64,000 nt of DNA from an uncultured Candidatus Saccharibacteria bacterium (GCA_964401135.1 CAYNXC010000001.1:210264-274263); one strand, 5' to 3'; counted from the stretch's first letter, positions 9,260 through 19,120 are shown. Notes: a model not told the origin generated them from the sequence alone. Numbers and translations are program-made.

Positions 9260-10180
9260 TTAACCCTTCCGCCCTTTGGCGTGAAAGTTTTGGTGTATCT
9301 CTTTGAGATGCTTATCGGTAACATGGGTATAGATTTGCGTGGTAGAGACAGAAGAGTGACCTAACATCATCTGCACCGACCGGATGTCTGCGCCATTTTG
9401 TAACAAGTCTGTTGCAAATGAGTGGCGTAGGATGTGTGGAGTCATCTTTTTACCAATGCCCGCCTTGACTGCGTACTGTTTTACTATCCGTTCAATACTC
9501 CGCGAGGTAAGGCGCTCACTCTTATTCTTATTGATAGTTGAGAGGCCAACAAAGAGTGCATCCTCCATATCCTTTCTCTTCTTTAAGTACTCATGGAGAG
9601 CATCCTTAGCAGAAGGGGAGAGAAAGACGACGCGGACCTTTTCACCCTTACCGCGAACAGAGAACTCATCCCGCGAGAGATCGATGCTGTCGGTATTGAG
9701 CGAACAGAGCTCCGATACGCGCAAGCCAGTAGAAAAGAAGAGCTCTAGGATTGCCCGGTCGCGGAGCCCTTTTGCTTGGGTAGTATCTGGGGCAGAGAGG
9801 AGGCGTTCTAACTCCGTACCTGAGACAAGATCAAGGTTGCGTGCTGGTGTTTTTGCCAGCTCAATGGTGTCTGGCGCCAGAGAGCTGATCTTTCGCTTCA
9901 CTAGATATCGGAGAAAGGCGCGTAAAGCAATGAGATGATAGTTCTGGGTGTTTCTCTTGAGCGTACCGCCATACTTTTGCCTATTCTCCTGACGATTGAG
10001 CCAGAGACGGTATGAGCGCACAAGCTCCTCTGTTATCAGAGAAGCATCGTCAATACTCGTTTGCTTAATAAAACGAGAGAGATAGCGATCATAATTCTCA
10101 ACTGTTTTGAGGCTACGGCCCTTCTCTATCTCCAGATATTCCAAAAACTCTCGTTTAAGAGCCGTAATATTGTGCGACAT
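9260..10180 (-). CDS. xerD: Tyrosine site-specific recombinase XerC/XerD family
   Basis: C-terminal catalytic motifs HILRHSFAT and LGHSSVSTTQIYTHV (R-H-R-Y signature). Confidence 0.8.
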   Translation of the reverse strand: MSHNITALKREFLEYLEIEKGRSLKTVENYDRYLSRFIKQTSIDDASLITEELVRSYRLWLNRQENRQKYGGTLKRNTQNYHLIALRAFLRYLVKRKISSLAPDTIELAKTPARNLDLVSGTELERLLSAPDTTQAKGLRDRAILELFFSTGLRVSELCSLNTDSIDLSRDEFSVRGKGEKVRVVFLSPSAKDALHEYLKKRKDMEDALFVGLSTINKNKSERLTSRSIERIVKQYAVKAGIGKKMTPHILRHSFATDLLQNGADIRSVQMMLGHSSVSTTQIYTHVTDKHLKEIHQNFHAKGRKG

Positions 10181-10244
10181 TGCTTCAGTATAGAGGTAAG
10201 GGGGGAACCTTGCAAAGTCTAAAGTTCTATGCTACTATTGCCCC

Positions 10245-10484
10245 ATGCTTGCTACTAAGAAAAAGCAGACGGTAATCAAAAAGTCACAGGTACACGACAC
10301 GGACACTGGCTCTTCTGCTGTGCAGATTGCGCTCCTGACGGAACGGATTGAGACTCTCGCCAGGCACTTGAAGAAAAACGCCAAGGATAATCACTCCCGC
10401 CGCGGCCTCCTCAAGATGGTTGCTGATCGTCGCATACATCAAAAGTATGTAGATAAGCAGACCAAGAAAGCTAAAATAAAATAA
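10245..10484 (+). CDS. rpsO: 30S ribosomal protein S15
   Basis: [28 protein letters not shown] is the canonical S15 motif. Confidence 0.9.
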   Translation: MLATKKKQTVIKKSQVHDTDTGSSAVQIALLTERIETLARHLKKNAKDNHSRRGLLKMVADRRIHQKYVDKQTKKAKIK

Positions 10485-11008
10485 TGCCTGTTATTAAGCA
10501 CAGCGACCAGCGCGTGGGAGTCTTCATAGACACCCAGAACCTTTACCATAGTGCAAAAAACCTCTATAAAGCCCGAGTCAACTTTGGCAATATTGTTAAA
10601 GATGCGGTAGGGAGTCGCCGCCTTGTGTGCGCGCTCGCCTATGTTATTACTACCGAGGGCGGTGAAGAAAAAAACTTTTTTGAGGCACTCGCTAAAGTAG
10701 GGATAGAGACAAAGACGAAGGATCTGCAGGTCTTTGCTGGAGGGGCAAAGAAAGCGGACTGGGATGTGGGGCTTGCCGTTGATGTGATTATGTTTGCCCC
10801 CAAATTGGACTCTGTTATCCTCGTGACCGGAGACGGGGACTTTATCCCGCTCGTTGAGTACCTTCAGCGCACCTTCGGCATACAGGTGGAAGTCTTCTCA
10901 TTTGGCAAAAGCACTTCCGGAAAGCTCCGTGAGGCGGCAGACAGCTTTACCGACCTCTCCGAGAACCCTCGCCGCTACCTCATCCCCGTCAGAAACGGAG
11001 GGAAATAA
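10484..11008 (+). CDS. NYN-domain (LabA-like, PIN-related) protein
   Basis: VGVFIDTQNLYHSA...VTGDGDF are NYN/DUF88 signature residues. The start overlaps the rpsO stop (TAATG). Confidence 0.7.
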   Translation: MPVIKHSDQRVGVFIDTQNLYHSAKNLYKARVNFGNIVKDAVGSRRLVCALAYVITTEGGEEKNFFEALAKVGIETKTKDLQVFAGGAKKADWDVGLAVDVIMFAPKLDSVILVTGDGDFIPLVEYLQRTFGIQVEVFSFGKSTSGKLREAADSFTDLSENPRRYLIPVRNGGK

Positions 11009-11014
11009 TATAGT

Positions 11015-11500
11015 ATGGAATATCACACTCTATCATTTAAAAAAGATAGGGATGCAGTATCGGAACCTCCAAAATTTTTATATTGGATAGTATTTGACGG
11101 GAATCATACAGACTGCGCTTTTGATGAAATTGCCCTAAAAGCAAGCTCTGAAAAAGATGGTGTTTACCCACTCGTGGTTTGTGGGTGTGGCTATATTGGC
11201 TGTAATGGTATGTATGTCACAACTCGTATTGAAAAAGATGATGTAATCTGGGAAAAATTCTGGCAAGGACAATGTTGTGGGGAAACAGAAAAAGACGACG
11301 AATTATCGGAATTTTCCTTAATTAAGAATAGTGCAAAAGGGAAAAATATTACATTAAAACCGCCTGTAAAATTTCATCTCGGTGAATATCGTGACCTTAT
11401 AGAAACAATAGAGCATGATATAAAAAGTGATCCGATCAGTAGTAAAGAATATGATGAAGCTCTTTCATATTATAAAGATGGTAATGTTTTTAGAATGTAA
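11015..11500 (+). CDS. Hypothetical Cys-rich protein in a low-GC islet
   Basis: 161-aa ORF in a markedly AT-rich stretch, containing CGCGYIGCNG and QGQCCGE Cys clusters. Confidence 0.45.
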   Translation: MEYHTLSFKKDRDAVSEPPKFLYWIVFDGNHTDCAFDEIALKASSEKDGVYPLVVCGCGYIGCNGMYVTTRIEKDDVIWEKFWQGQCCGETEKDDELSEFSLIKNSAKGKNITLKPPVKFHLGEYRDLIETIEHDIKSDPISSKEYDEALSYYKDGNVFRM

Positions 11501-11502
11501 AA

Positions 11503-12006
11503 ATGAATTGGCTATCTAAATTTTTTTTAACATACGGCTTCGGCTCAGTTGGATCCATTGCAAAATGGATGGCAGTGAACTATACAAAAGCTAAGAAAAA
11601 ATTTCCAAAAAAAACTCACCGAGAATTATTACTGCACCTTATTGAACTGCGATACCCAAATGGTAAAGCGATAATAGGCCCTGAACGACTGCCTGAACCG
11701 AGCATGGCAATAATTGAAAAATGCCAAGGATCTTTGGAAAAAATCACTATGTATATAGAACATCTGGAACACAATGAATTGGATGAAGTAAAAATAACTC
11801 GACCATATTTATATAGGGCCGTAAAAAAAATAGTTCGGGAAAGATTAAATAAATTTGCTCCTGATATTAAGAGAGATTTAATAGATGATGCCCTTGAAGT
11901 TTTTAAATCTGGCAAGGGAATTAAGAATGACAATTGGAGTATTGAACCTATAGCAAAAAACTTTTGCTCAATATCTTTTCCAGAAGATAAAGAAACGGAG
12001 AAGTAG
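11503..12006 (+). CDS. Hypothetical protein in a low-GC islet
   Basis: 167-aa ORF, AT-rich, two nucleotides after the previous gene. No recognisable motif. Confidence 0.45.
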   Translation: MNWLSKFFLTYGFGSVGSIAKWMAVNYTKAKKKFPKKTHRELLLHLIELRYPNGKAIIGPERLPEPSMAIIEKCQGSLEKITMYIEHLEHNELDEVKITRPYLYRAVKKIVRERLNKFAPDIKRDLIDDALEVFKSGKGIKNDNWSIEPIAKNFCSISFPEDKETEK

Positions 12007-12037
12007 ACAATTTCTCTTATTCAATCTTAATAATTCC

Positions 12038-12820
12038 TCACGGATTACTACGCGGTAAAGTAGTATAAAATTGATGTACGATTTCTTTCATGTCTTTCAG
12101 TAATTTTATTAGAACCGCATCGACTATTTCTTGAGGGATATTCTTGTAAAATGCTTCAGCGATTGCACCAGAAATACATGCGAGAGTATCGCTGTCTCCT
12201 CCGAGAGTTATCGCATTCCGTACTGCACTTTCAAAATCAGTAGACTCTAAAAAGCACATGATGGCTTCTGGGACTGTTTCTTGACAGGTTTCATTAAAAA
12301 AATATGTTGTCCTGATTTCTTTCAGAGTGCGGCCAAGATCATAATCAAATATTTTTTGGATACTTTGAGTTATATCTTTTTTAGTGACGCCACTTCGAGA
12401 TAAAAAGATTGAAAGAGCAACCGCTTGTGCCCCTTTTATTCCTTCTGAATGATTATGACTTACTTCTGCGCTCTTTTTTGCTTCTCTTAAAACCTGATCT
12501 TCGTTGTGAAAAAACCATCCAATAGAGCTTACGCGCATTGCTGAACCGTTACCGTAGCTGTTGTAGGGTTGTGGATCACGAGACTTAATCCATGAATAAA
12601 AACGGTCTCCATATCCACGATCTAAGTATTTTTGCCCCCATTCTCGCATCGTCAAACCATATTCCTTATGATTTAAAATGGCGTCAGCAACAGCAATTGT
12701 CATAACAGTATCATCAGTAAAATCTGATTCTGTATTAAATAAAGAAAAATCAGGATTAGCACGCTTATATTCAAAAGGTGACCCAATTATGTCCCCAATG
12801 ATTGCCCCTAACATCATCAC
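12038..12820 (-). CDS. ADP-ribosylglycohydrolase (ARH/DraG family)
   Basis: N-terminal GAIIGDIIGSPFE, GNGSAMRVSSIG, and C-terminal GGDSDTLACISGAIAEAFY (dimetal-binding Asp/Thr motifs). Confidence 0.75.
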   Translation of the reverse strand: MMMLGAIIGDIIGSPFEYKRANPDFSLFNTESDFTDDTVMTIAVADAILNHKEYGLTMREWGQKYLDRGYGDRFYSWIKSRDPQPYNSYGNGSAMRVSSIGWFFHNEDQVLREAKKSAEVSHNHSEGIKGAQAVALSIFLSRSGVTKKDITQSIQKIFDYDLGRTLKEIRTTYFFNETCQETVPEAIMCFLESTDFESAVRNAITLGGDSDTLACISGAIAEAFYKNIPQEIVDAVLIKLLKDMKEIVHQFYTTLPRSNP

Positions 12821-12870
12821 ACTGTAATCTTATTCTGAAGTAATACAAATGGCTTCTATCTTGGAGATTC

Positions 12871-12898
12871 TAGACATGTTGGTTTGCAATGCTATACT
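12871..12898 (+). promoter_or_regulatory. Candidate sigma70-like promoter for pnp (TAGACA-16-TATACT)
   Basis: Hexamers read directly from the sequence with a 16-nt spacer, about 95 nt upstream of the pnp start. Confidence 0.3.
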
Positions 12899-12942
12899 CT
12901 CCACATTAGCCAGTAATTAATAATGGTGGTCAGCGGATAGGA

Positions 12943-12980
12943 GGTCCGAAACGAGGGTTTCGAATCTAAATTCGAGGACC
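12943..12980 (+). promoter_or_regulatory. Structured pnp leader hairpin (nested GGTCC...GGACC / CGAAAC-GAGG-GTTTCG)
   Basis: Nested perfect stems immediately upstream of the pnp start. Analogous position to PNPase autoregulatory leaders. Confidence 0.35.
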
Positions 12981-12991
12981 ACTACAGCGTT

Positions 12992-15232
12992 ATGGAGAAA
13001 AAAGAATACTCAATGGAGTTGGGAGGCAAGACCCTGACGGCAACTTTTAGTGACCTCGCCGATCAGGCGCAGGGCTCAGTACTGATTAAGCACGGCGAGA
13101 CCGTCGTACTTGTCACAGCGGTGATGAGTAAGGATGCGAAGGAGGCAGCTGGATACTTCCCGCTCACTGTTGATTACGAAGAAAAGTTCTACGCCACCGG
13201 CCGTATCTTGGGGAGTCGTTTTGTAAAACGAGAGGGAAGGCCATCTGACGAGGCCATCCTCACCGGTCGAGTAGTAGACCGTACTATCCGTCCACTCTTT
13301 GATAGCCACATCAGAAACGAGGTACATGTGGTGGTGACAGTCCTCTCTATAGATGAAGAGAACGACCCCGATGTGCTTGGGATCATTGGCGCATCTCTCG
13401 CGCTCGGCACTTCAGAGATCCCGTGGAATGGCCCCGTCTCAGCCGTCCGCATTGGAGCAAAAGAGATGAGCTCTCCCTTTATGGTGACTCCCGGGTACTC
13501 CGAGAGAGAGCAGTGTGCCTTTGACCTGCTCATATGCGGGAAGGATGGCTCAATCAACATGATAGAAGCAGAAGCAACCGAGATTCCTGAAGCACGGATC
13601 AGCGAGGCCTTTGCGCTTGCTATTACAGAGCTTGCCAAGATTGAAGCATGGCAAAAGAGCATCATCATCGAGCGAGGAAAAAAGAAACTTTCCCTGCCTA
13701 AACCAGTACTTGCCCCAGAGATTATTGCAATCTTTAAGAAAGAAATTGAGCCGAAACTTGATTCGGCCATCTTTAGCGGAGCAGGGAAAGAGGCAATCCA
13801 CGCGCTTGAGGAGGAATGGATGACGCTCATTTTGGGACAATCCCCTGATGCGCCAAAAAATGACGCCTTGGATTACTATATGGATTCGGTCAATAACCTC
13901 CTCCACACAGAGGCAATCACAAAAAAGCGCCGTGCTGATGGCCGGAAGGTTGACGAGGTACGACCTCTCTTTGCGCAAGCGGGAGGACTCTCAAGTATCG
14001 TCCATGGAGCAGGATTCTTTTACCGTGGCGGGACACACATCCTCTCGGTACTCACTCTCGGGAGCCCTAAGGACTCACAAGTAATTGAGGGTATGGAAGT
14101 GCGCACTAAGAAGTACTTTATGCACCACTACAACTTCCCTCCATTCTCTTCAGGAGAGACCGGACGCATGGGGGGCACCAATCGTCGTGCCATTGGCCAC
14201 GGCGCACTTGCAGAAAAGGCGCTCCGTGCAGTCATCCCTCCAAAAGAGAAGTTCCCTTACAGTATCCGCATCGTGTCAGAGTCAATGGCCTCAAACGGTT
14301 CCACCTCAATGGGGAGCGTTTGCGGAAGTACCTTAGCCCTCATGGATGGTGGCGTACCGATTAAAAATCCTGTTGCAGGGATTGCGATGGGGGTGATGAT
14401 GGGGAATAACGGAGTCGAGCTTCCAGAGGGATGTCCGACTCCGTACCAGATACTCACCGACATTCAAGGCCCAGAAGATGAGCATGGCGATATGGACTTT
14501 AAGGTTGCGGGAACCAAGGAAGGGGTAACCGCTATCCAACTAGACATCAAAGTGGGGAGCATTCCCGTTGCAATCTTAAATGAGGCTCTCGACGGAGCGA
14601 GGGCCGCGCGGCTTCACATTCTAGAGACTATTACCACTGCAATCCCTGCGCCTCGCGCAGATCTAGCGCCCTCCGCACCGCGAATCATCCAAATCAGTAT
14701 CCCTGTTGAGAAGATTGGCGCAGTCATCGGCTCGGGAGGGAAGGTGATCAACTCAATTATTGAAGATACCGGTGCAGACATTGAGATAGAGGACGATGGA
14801 ACAGTCTACATCTCCGGCATGGTAGAGGCGGTGACAAAGGCAAAAGAGACTGTTGAGGGGATAACTCACGAGTACCAAGTAGGAGAGCGCTTTGAGGGAG
14901 AGGTAATCAAAGTATTGGACTTTGGCATTGTGGTAAAAATTGGACCAACACAAGAAGGACTCGTGCACATTTCAGAGATAGCGCCCTATCGCATTGATAC
15001 TGTAACTGGGTTCTTCTCCGTAGGAGAGAAAGTGCCGGTTGCCATCTGTGGACTTGACCCAGAGAAGGGAAAAGTAAGTCTCTCTATTAAAGATGCCGAT
15101 CCGAGCCTTGCAGAGAAAAAAGGCTTCACTCGTTCCGCCAGTATGGGATATAATGGGAGTGATCATGGACACACATCAGAAGAACGCAGGGGGAGACGCG
15201 GCGGCGGCAGACCCGGTAGCTCTGGACGATAA
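12992..15232 (+). CDS. pnp: Polynucleotide phosphorylase/polyadenylase with a Gly/Arg-rich C-terminal tail
   Basis: Two RNase PH domains (FPLTVDYEEKFYATGRI..; FSSGETGRMGG), then KH (GAVIGSGGKVIN) and S1 (GEVIKVLDFGIVVKI) domains. The RGRRGGGRPGSSGR tail is unusual. Confidence 0.9.
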   Translation: MEKKEYSMELGGKTLTATFSDLADQAQGSVLIKHGETVVLVTAVMSKDAKEAAGYFPLTVDYEEKFYATGRILGSRFVKREGRPSDEAILTGRVVDRTIRPLFDSHIRNEVHVVVTVLSIDEENDPDVLGIIGASLALGTSEIPWNGPVSAVRIGAKEMSSPFMVTPGYSEREQCAFDLLICGKDGSINMIEAEATEIPEARISEAFALAITELAKIEAWQKSIIIERGKKKLSLPKPVLAPEIIAIFKKEIEPKLDSAIFSGAGKEAIHALEEEWMTLILGQSPDAPKNDALDYYMDSVNNLLHTEAITKKRRADGRKVDEVRPLFAQAGGLSSIVHGAGFFYRGGTHILSVLTLGSPKDSQVIEGMEVRTKKYFMHHYNFPPFSSGETGRMGGTNRRAIGHGALAEKALRAVIPPKEKFPYSIRIVSESMASNGSTSMGSVCGSTLALMDGGVPIKNPVAGIAMGVMMGNNGVELPEGCPTPYQILTDIQGPEDEHGDMDFKVAGTKEGVTAIQLDIKVGSIPVAILNEALDGARAARLHILETITTAIPAPRADLAPSAPRIIQISIPVEKIGAVIGSGGKVINSIIEDTGADIEIEDDGTVYISGMVEAVTKAKETVEGITHEYQVGERFEGEVIKVLDFGIVVKIGPTQEGLVHISEIAPYRIDTVTGFFSVGEKVPVAICGLDPEKGKVSLSIKDADPSLAEKKGFTRSASMGYNGSDHGHTSEERRGRRGGGRPGSSGR

Positions 15233-15713
15233 ACTAAAAGCGGCCCGTCTCGCGATGGAGGGGCCAGAGTATGCCGCAAGACGAGAAGAGCGCGAGCGCA
15301 GTGAAGAACTCCACAAAAAGCGCGAGGTGGCAGAGCGACGCTTGGAAAGTATCAAGGAAGAAAAAGAAAAGCTGGAGCTCGCGTGGATTGCACTTGACGA
15401 GAAGCGTGTTCGCGCCCGCCAAACTCTGATGCCACTCTTGGAAGAAGAAAAGAAAATAGAGGCGGAAGAGACGGCTCTGGAAGAGAAAGAGCGTATCAAT
15501 GTGGTAGCAGAAGAACGACAGGTGATAGAGAAAGAGCGTTACGAGGTACAAAAAAGACGCCGCGCGGCAGAAGAGAAAAAATGGCAGAGCGAGGAGGCTC
15601 TTACCGACATTGAAGAAGAAGTTGATATACACACCAAAGCGTACCAAAAACTCTTGGATGAAGAGGAGGATCTGTATTCTAACCTAGAATCATTAGATAA
15701 AAAGATGCCATGA
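15165..15713 (+). CDS. KE/R-rich coiled-coil hypothetical protein
   Basis: Highly charged heptad-like sequence. The ORF overlaps the 3' end of pnp in another frame. Start taken as 15165 or 15177 (ORF-track start is 15093). Confidence 0.45.
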   Translation: MDTHQKNAGGDAAAADPVALDDKLKAARLAMEGPEYAARREERERSEELHKKREVAERRLESIKEEKEKLELAWIALDEKRVRARQTLMPLLEEEKKIEAEETALEEKERINVVAEERQVIEKERYEVQKRRRAAEEKKWQSEEALTDIEEEVDIHTKAYQKLLDEEEDLYSNLESLDKKMP

Positions 15714-16870
15714 TGCCGCTTGATGAACAGCGCCGCAAAGCGGCGCTTGCAATGGCAAGTCCCGAACAGCGGAAGCGGCAATTAGAGCGAGAGAAGCGCG
15801 AAGCAGAACTACAATCAGAGAGGGAAAAGCAAGCAGAACAAGCACAGGCACTTGAACTCGCACGCCAGAAGAAAGAAGCAGAGGCGCGTATTTTGAGAGA
15901 GGCAGAAGAACGAGAACAAAAACAACGAGAAAATAGTCGTCTTGAAAAAGCGCGCAAAGCGGAGGAGCAGATCAGTATGTTAAAGCGCCAAGCGCTGGGT
16001 ATCAATCAGCTCCGCACCATGAAGAGTGACTTGGAGCGAGCACAAAAGAAAGAGGCATCCCCTACATGGGCAGGATCTGCTGTTCCTGTCGGGACGCCAA
16101 TACTCAACGCACATTCACAAAAGCGTTATGTAGCAGAAGAGGAACCAACGCGATCTCGTCCAATACTCTGGTGGCTCGGAGGAGGACTCCTTGCGCTCCT
16201 TGCGCTTGGGGGCGGCGCGGCCTACATCATTTTTTCATCACAGGGGAGTATCCCAGGAGCGGCGAAGGAGCCAAGTGCTCCAGGCGCCCTCGTTACAGCA
16301 GAACAAACAATCGCTATTGATACTACGGGGAAAAATCCAGAGAACCTGCGCAGTATCATCACTCAGAAAATTATTACCGAGACACATAAAACAGGTTTAA
16401 CGCGCGCTTACTTTACCTACCAAGCAACACCAACCTCAAGCCCTGTCGTGTTAGGGGTAGGGGAGTGGCTCAATCGTGTAGGAGCATCTGCGCCAGGACT
16501 CCTAGTGCGCTCACTTGATAACTCCTTTGATTACGGAGCCTACCAATTGGTACCAAACGCGGCCTACATTATTCTCTCAAGCAAGGCCCCACAGAACGCC
16601 TTCTCTGGTATGCTCCAGTGGGAAGACACGACACTAGCCAAAGATCTGATCCCGCTTGTAAGCGGGAGCACGGTGGATGAAGGGCTCCTGCGTGGGACAT
16701 TTGAAGATAAGGTACTCTCTGGACTCAATATAGATGCGCGCATCTTGCGAGATACTACGGGGAACACTCGTCTTGTATACACCGTTTTGAGTGCACAAGG
16801 CGTTATCATCATTACCAAAGACGAAAAGACTCTTGCCGAGCTCTACCGGAGGGTCATTATTCCAGGTTAG
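15710..16870 (+). CDS. Hypothetical bitopic membrane protein (charged coiled-coil N-terminus, one TM, extracytoplasmic domain)
   Basis: ATGA overlap with the previous gene. TM segment WWLGGGLLALLALGGGAAYIIF. Confidence 0.5.
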   Translation: MMPLDEQRRKAALAMASPEQRKRQLEREKREAELQSEREKQAEQAQALELARQKKEAEARILREAEEREQKQRENSRLEKARKAEEQISMLKRQALGINQLRTMKSDLERAQKKEASPTWAGSAVPVGTPILNAHSQKRYVAEEEPTRSRPILWWLGGGLLALLALGGGAAYIIFSSQGSIPGAAKEPSAPGALVTAEQTIAIDTTGKNPENLRSIITQKIITETHKTGLTRAYFTYQATPTSSPVVLGVGEWLNRVGASAPGLLVRSLDNSFDYGAYQLVPNAAYIILSSKAPQNAFSGMLQWEDTTLAKDLIPLVSGSTVDEGLLRGTFEDKVLSGLNIDARILRDTTGNTRLVYTVLSAQGVIIITKDEKTLAELYRRVIIPG

Positions 16871-16902
16871 ACAGCCTCTACAGGCTCTGTTACACTGCAA
16901 CT

Positions 16903-17271
16903 ATGAATACAGACGCGCTAAAAAAGAAACTTCTCGCAGAAAAAGAGAGTTTGGAGTCCGAGTTGGGCTATATTGGAGATAAAGATGAACTAAATCCGGG
17001 CAATTACAACGCAAAACCAGCAGAAACAGATCCGATTGGCTTCCGTGATGAGGTTGCCGACCGGCTTGAAGAGTTGGATGAACGACTTGCAACCGAGCAA
17101 CCGCTTGAAGCTCACCTAAAAAATGTACGCGAGGCACTCAAGCGCATTGAAGAGGGAAACTACGGGATATGTGTGGTATGTGGTGAAAAGATAGAAGAAG
17201 ACCGACTCAGCGCCAGCCCCTCTGCTCGAACCTGTAAAGAACATTTGAGCTCAGACAGTAACGGCGGATAA
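16903..17271 (+). CDS. DksA/TraR-family zinc-finger protein
   Basis: Coiled-coil N-terminus plus a C-terminal CVVCGEKIEEDRL...TC zinc-finger-like motif. Confidence 0.55.
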   Translation: MNTDALKKKLLAEKESLESELGYIGDKDELNPGNYNAKPAETDPIGFRDEVADRLEELDERLATEQPLEAHLKNVREALKRIEEGNYGICVVCGEKIEEDRLSASPSARTCKEHLSSDSNGG

Positions 17272-17295
17272 CAGTAAATCTGCTACAATTGAGTC

Positions 17296-18843
17296 ATGCT
17301 TGCGAAGGTGCATAGCGCACAGGTGAGCGGGCTCTCGGCAGATATCATTGATGTAGAAGTAGATATCTCGCAGGGACTTCACTCTTTCTCTATTGTCGGA
17401 CTTCCCGACAAGGCGGTTGAAGAATCCAAAGATAGGATTACAGCCGCAATAAAAAACTCCGGCTTCAAATCGCCGCAAAAAGGGAACTTGAAGGTGATAG
17501 TCTCCCTCTCACCGGCGGATGTCAAAAAAGAGGGCTCCTCTTTTGACCTCGCCATTGCTCTCGCACATCTTCTCGCCACACGAGAGCTCTCTTTCAATCC
17601 GAAAGAGAAGCTCTTTTTAGGTGAACTTGCCTTAGACGGAGCATTGCGACCTTTGCGCGGCGCACTCATGATGGCGCAAAAAGCGAAGAGCGCCGGATTC
17701 AGCGGACTCTACCTCCCACAAGAGAATGCTCGTGAAGCGGCACTTGTAGAGGGGATACAGATATTCCCAGTGCGTACACTCAAGCAATTAGCTGAACATC
17801 TCTCGCCATTTCAAGAGCAGAGTACTAAGCCCTCCATCATCATCCCGCAAGAAAAAACAGAAATTATTTTTGAACAGTCCTCACACCTAACCGACTTTGC
17901 GGATGTCAAGGGGCAAGAGAGTGCCAAGCGTGGGCTTGAGATTGCCGCGGCTGGTGGACACAACATTGCCATGTCTGGCCCACCGGGGACAGGAAAGACG
18001 ATGCTTGCAAAAGCATTCATTGGTGTACTACCGCCACTCTCGTTTGAACATATTTTAGAAGTAACGGGCATACACTCCTCGGCAGGCATTCTACAAGAAG
18101 ATCTTGTTACTCATCCACCCTTACGATCCCCGCATCACACAGCATCCTATGTCTCTATGGTTGGCGGCGGTGCAAGCCCCCGCCCCGGAGAGATTACACT
18201 TGCGCATCGTGGAGTGCTCTTTCTTGATGAGTTCCCCGAGTTTGAGCGGCGCGTACTGGAGTCCTTACGGCAGCCACTAGAGGATCGTGTCATTTCTATT
18301 TCACGGGCAAAGGGAACGCTCTCATTCCCTGCTGACTTTATTCTAATTGCAACGATGAACCCATGCCCCTGCGGGAATAGGGGAGTACGCGGTAAGGAGT
18401 GCGTCTGTTCTCAATCCTCCATCATGAAGTATGAACGAAAAATTTCTGGTCCTATCATTGATCGTATAGATCTCTGGCTCTCTGTCCCACAAGTTGATCC
18501 ACAGAAATTAGGGAGCGACGCTGAAGGAGAGGGGAGTGCAAAAGTACGCGAGCGAGTTGCACGAGCACGCAGAGTACAAGAAAAGCGTTTCCGCGAAGTG
18601 CCGGGACTCTGCACCAACAGTGGAATGAGCGTGCGAGAGATCAAGCGCTTCTGCCCATTATCTGGAGAGGCTGCGGATGTACTCAATAGTTCTGCGACGC
18701 GACTCAATCTCTCGGCACGCGTCTACCATCGTCTCATCAAGCTTGCGCGAACAATCGCCGACTTGAGTGGAGCAGAGGACATTACTCCGGAGCACCTCCT
18801 TGAGGCCCTACAGTATAGGCCAAAAGAAAAAACAGGATATTAA
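17296..18843 (+). CDS. comM: YifB/ComM Mg-chelatase-like AAA+ ATPase
   Basis: N-terminal Lon-protease-like S5 domain, Walker A GPPGTGKT, Walker B LFLDEFPEF, C-terminal ChlI-like. Confidence 0.85.
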   Translation: MLAKVHSAQVSGLSADIIDVEVDISQGLHSFSIVGLPDKAVEESKDRITAAIKNSGFKSPQKGNLKVIVSLSPADVKKEGSSFDLAIALAHLLATRELSFNPKEKLFLGELALDGALRPLRGALMMAQKAKSAGFSGLYLPQENAREAALVEGIQIFPVRTLKQLAEHLSPFQEQSTKPSIIIPQEKTEIIFEQSSHLTDFADVKGQESAKRGLEIAAAGGHNIAMSGPPGTGKTMLAKAFIGVLPPLSFEHILEVTGIHSSAGILQEDLVTHPPLRSPHHTASYVSMVGGGASPRPGEITLAHRGVLFLDEFPEFERRVLESLRQPLEDRVISISRAKGTLSFPADFILIATMNPCPCGNRGVRGKECVCSQSSIMKYERKISGPIIDRIDLWLSVPQVDPQKLGSDAEGEGSAKVRERVARARRVQEKRFREVPGLCTNSGMSVREIKRFCPLSGEAADVLNSSATRLNLSARVYHRLIKLARTIADLSGAEDITPEHLLEALQYRPKEKTGY

Positions 18844-19120
18844 TAATAAAGACCGTCCGAGAAGCGAAATATAGAACAAATTAGTCACATCATTATGAGT
18901 AAGTACCAATTTGTTTCATCTGTCCGCAGAGAGATTGACGGACTCAACTCTGCCGTTGGCTTGAGAATAGTGAGGAGGAGAATCTATCGCGACCTTGTGC
19001 GTCGACACAAGAAGCTCACGCACACACTGCGGATGCTTGAGCGGAAAAGAGGATCTGGTATTCTCTCATTCTTTTTTTCGTAGCATCACATATTTCATCC
19101 GTAGTATACTTACAAGGATG

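Noticed and set aside
15176-16005. Several minus-strand ORFs (107 to 137 aa) opposite the KE-rich genes
   Set aside because: These are reverse-frame reading of GAA/AAG-rich coding sequence. It gives Phe/Ser/Leu-rich pseudo-proteins with no plausible domains.
18895-19083. 62-aa ORF in the comM-downstream spacer
   Set aside because: Arg-rich low-complexity sequence with no start context or partner. Likely non-coding spacer.
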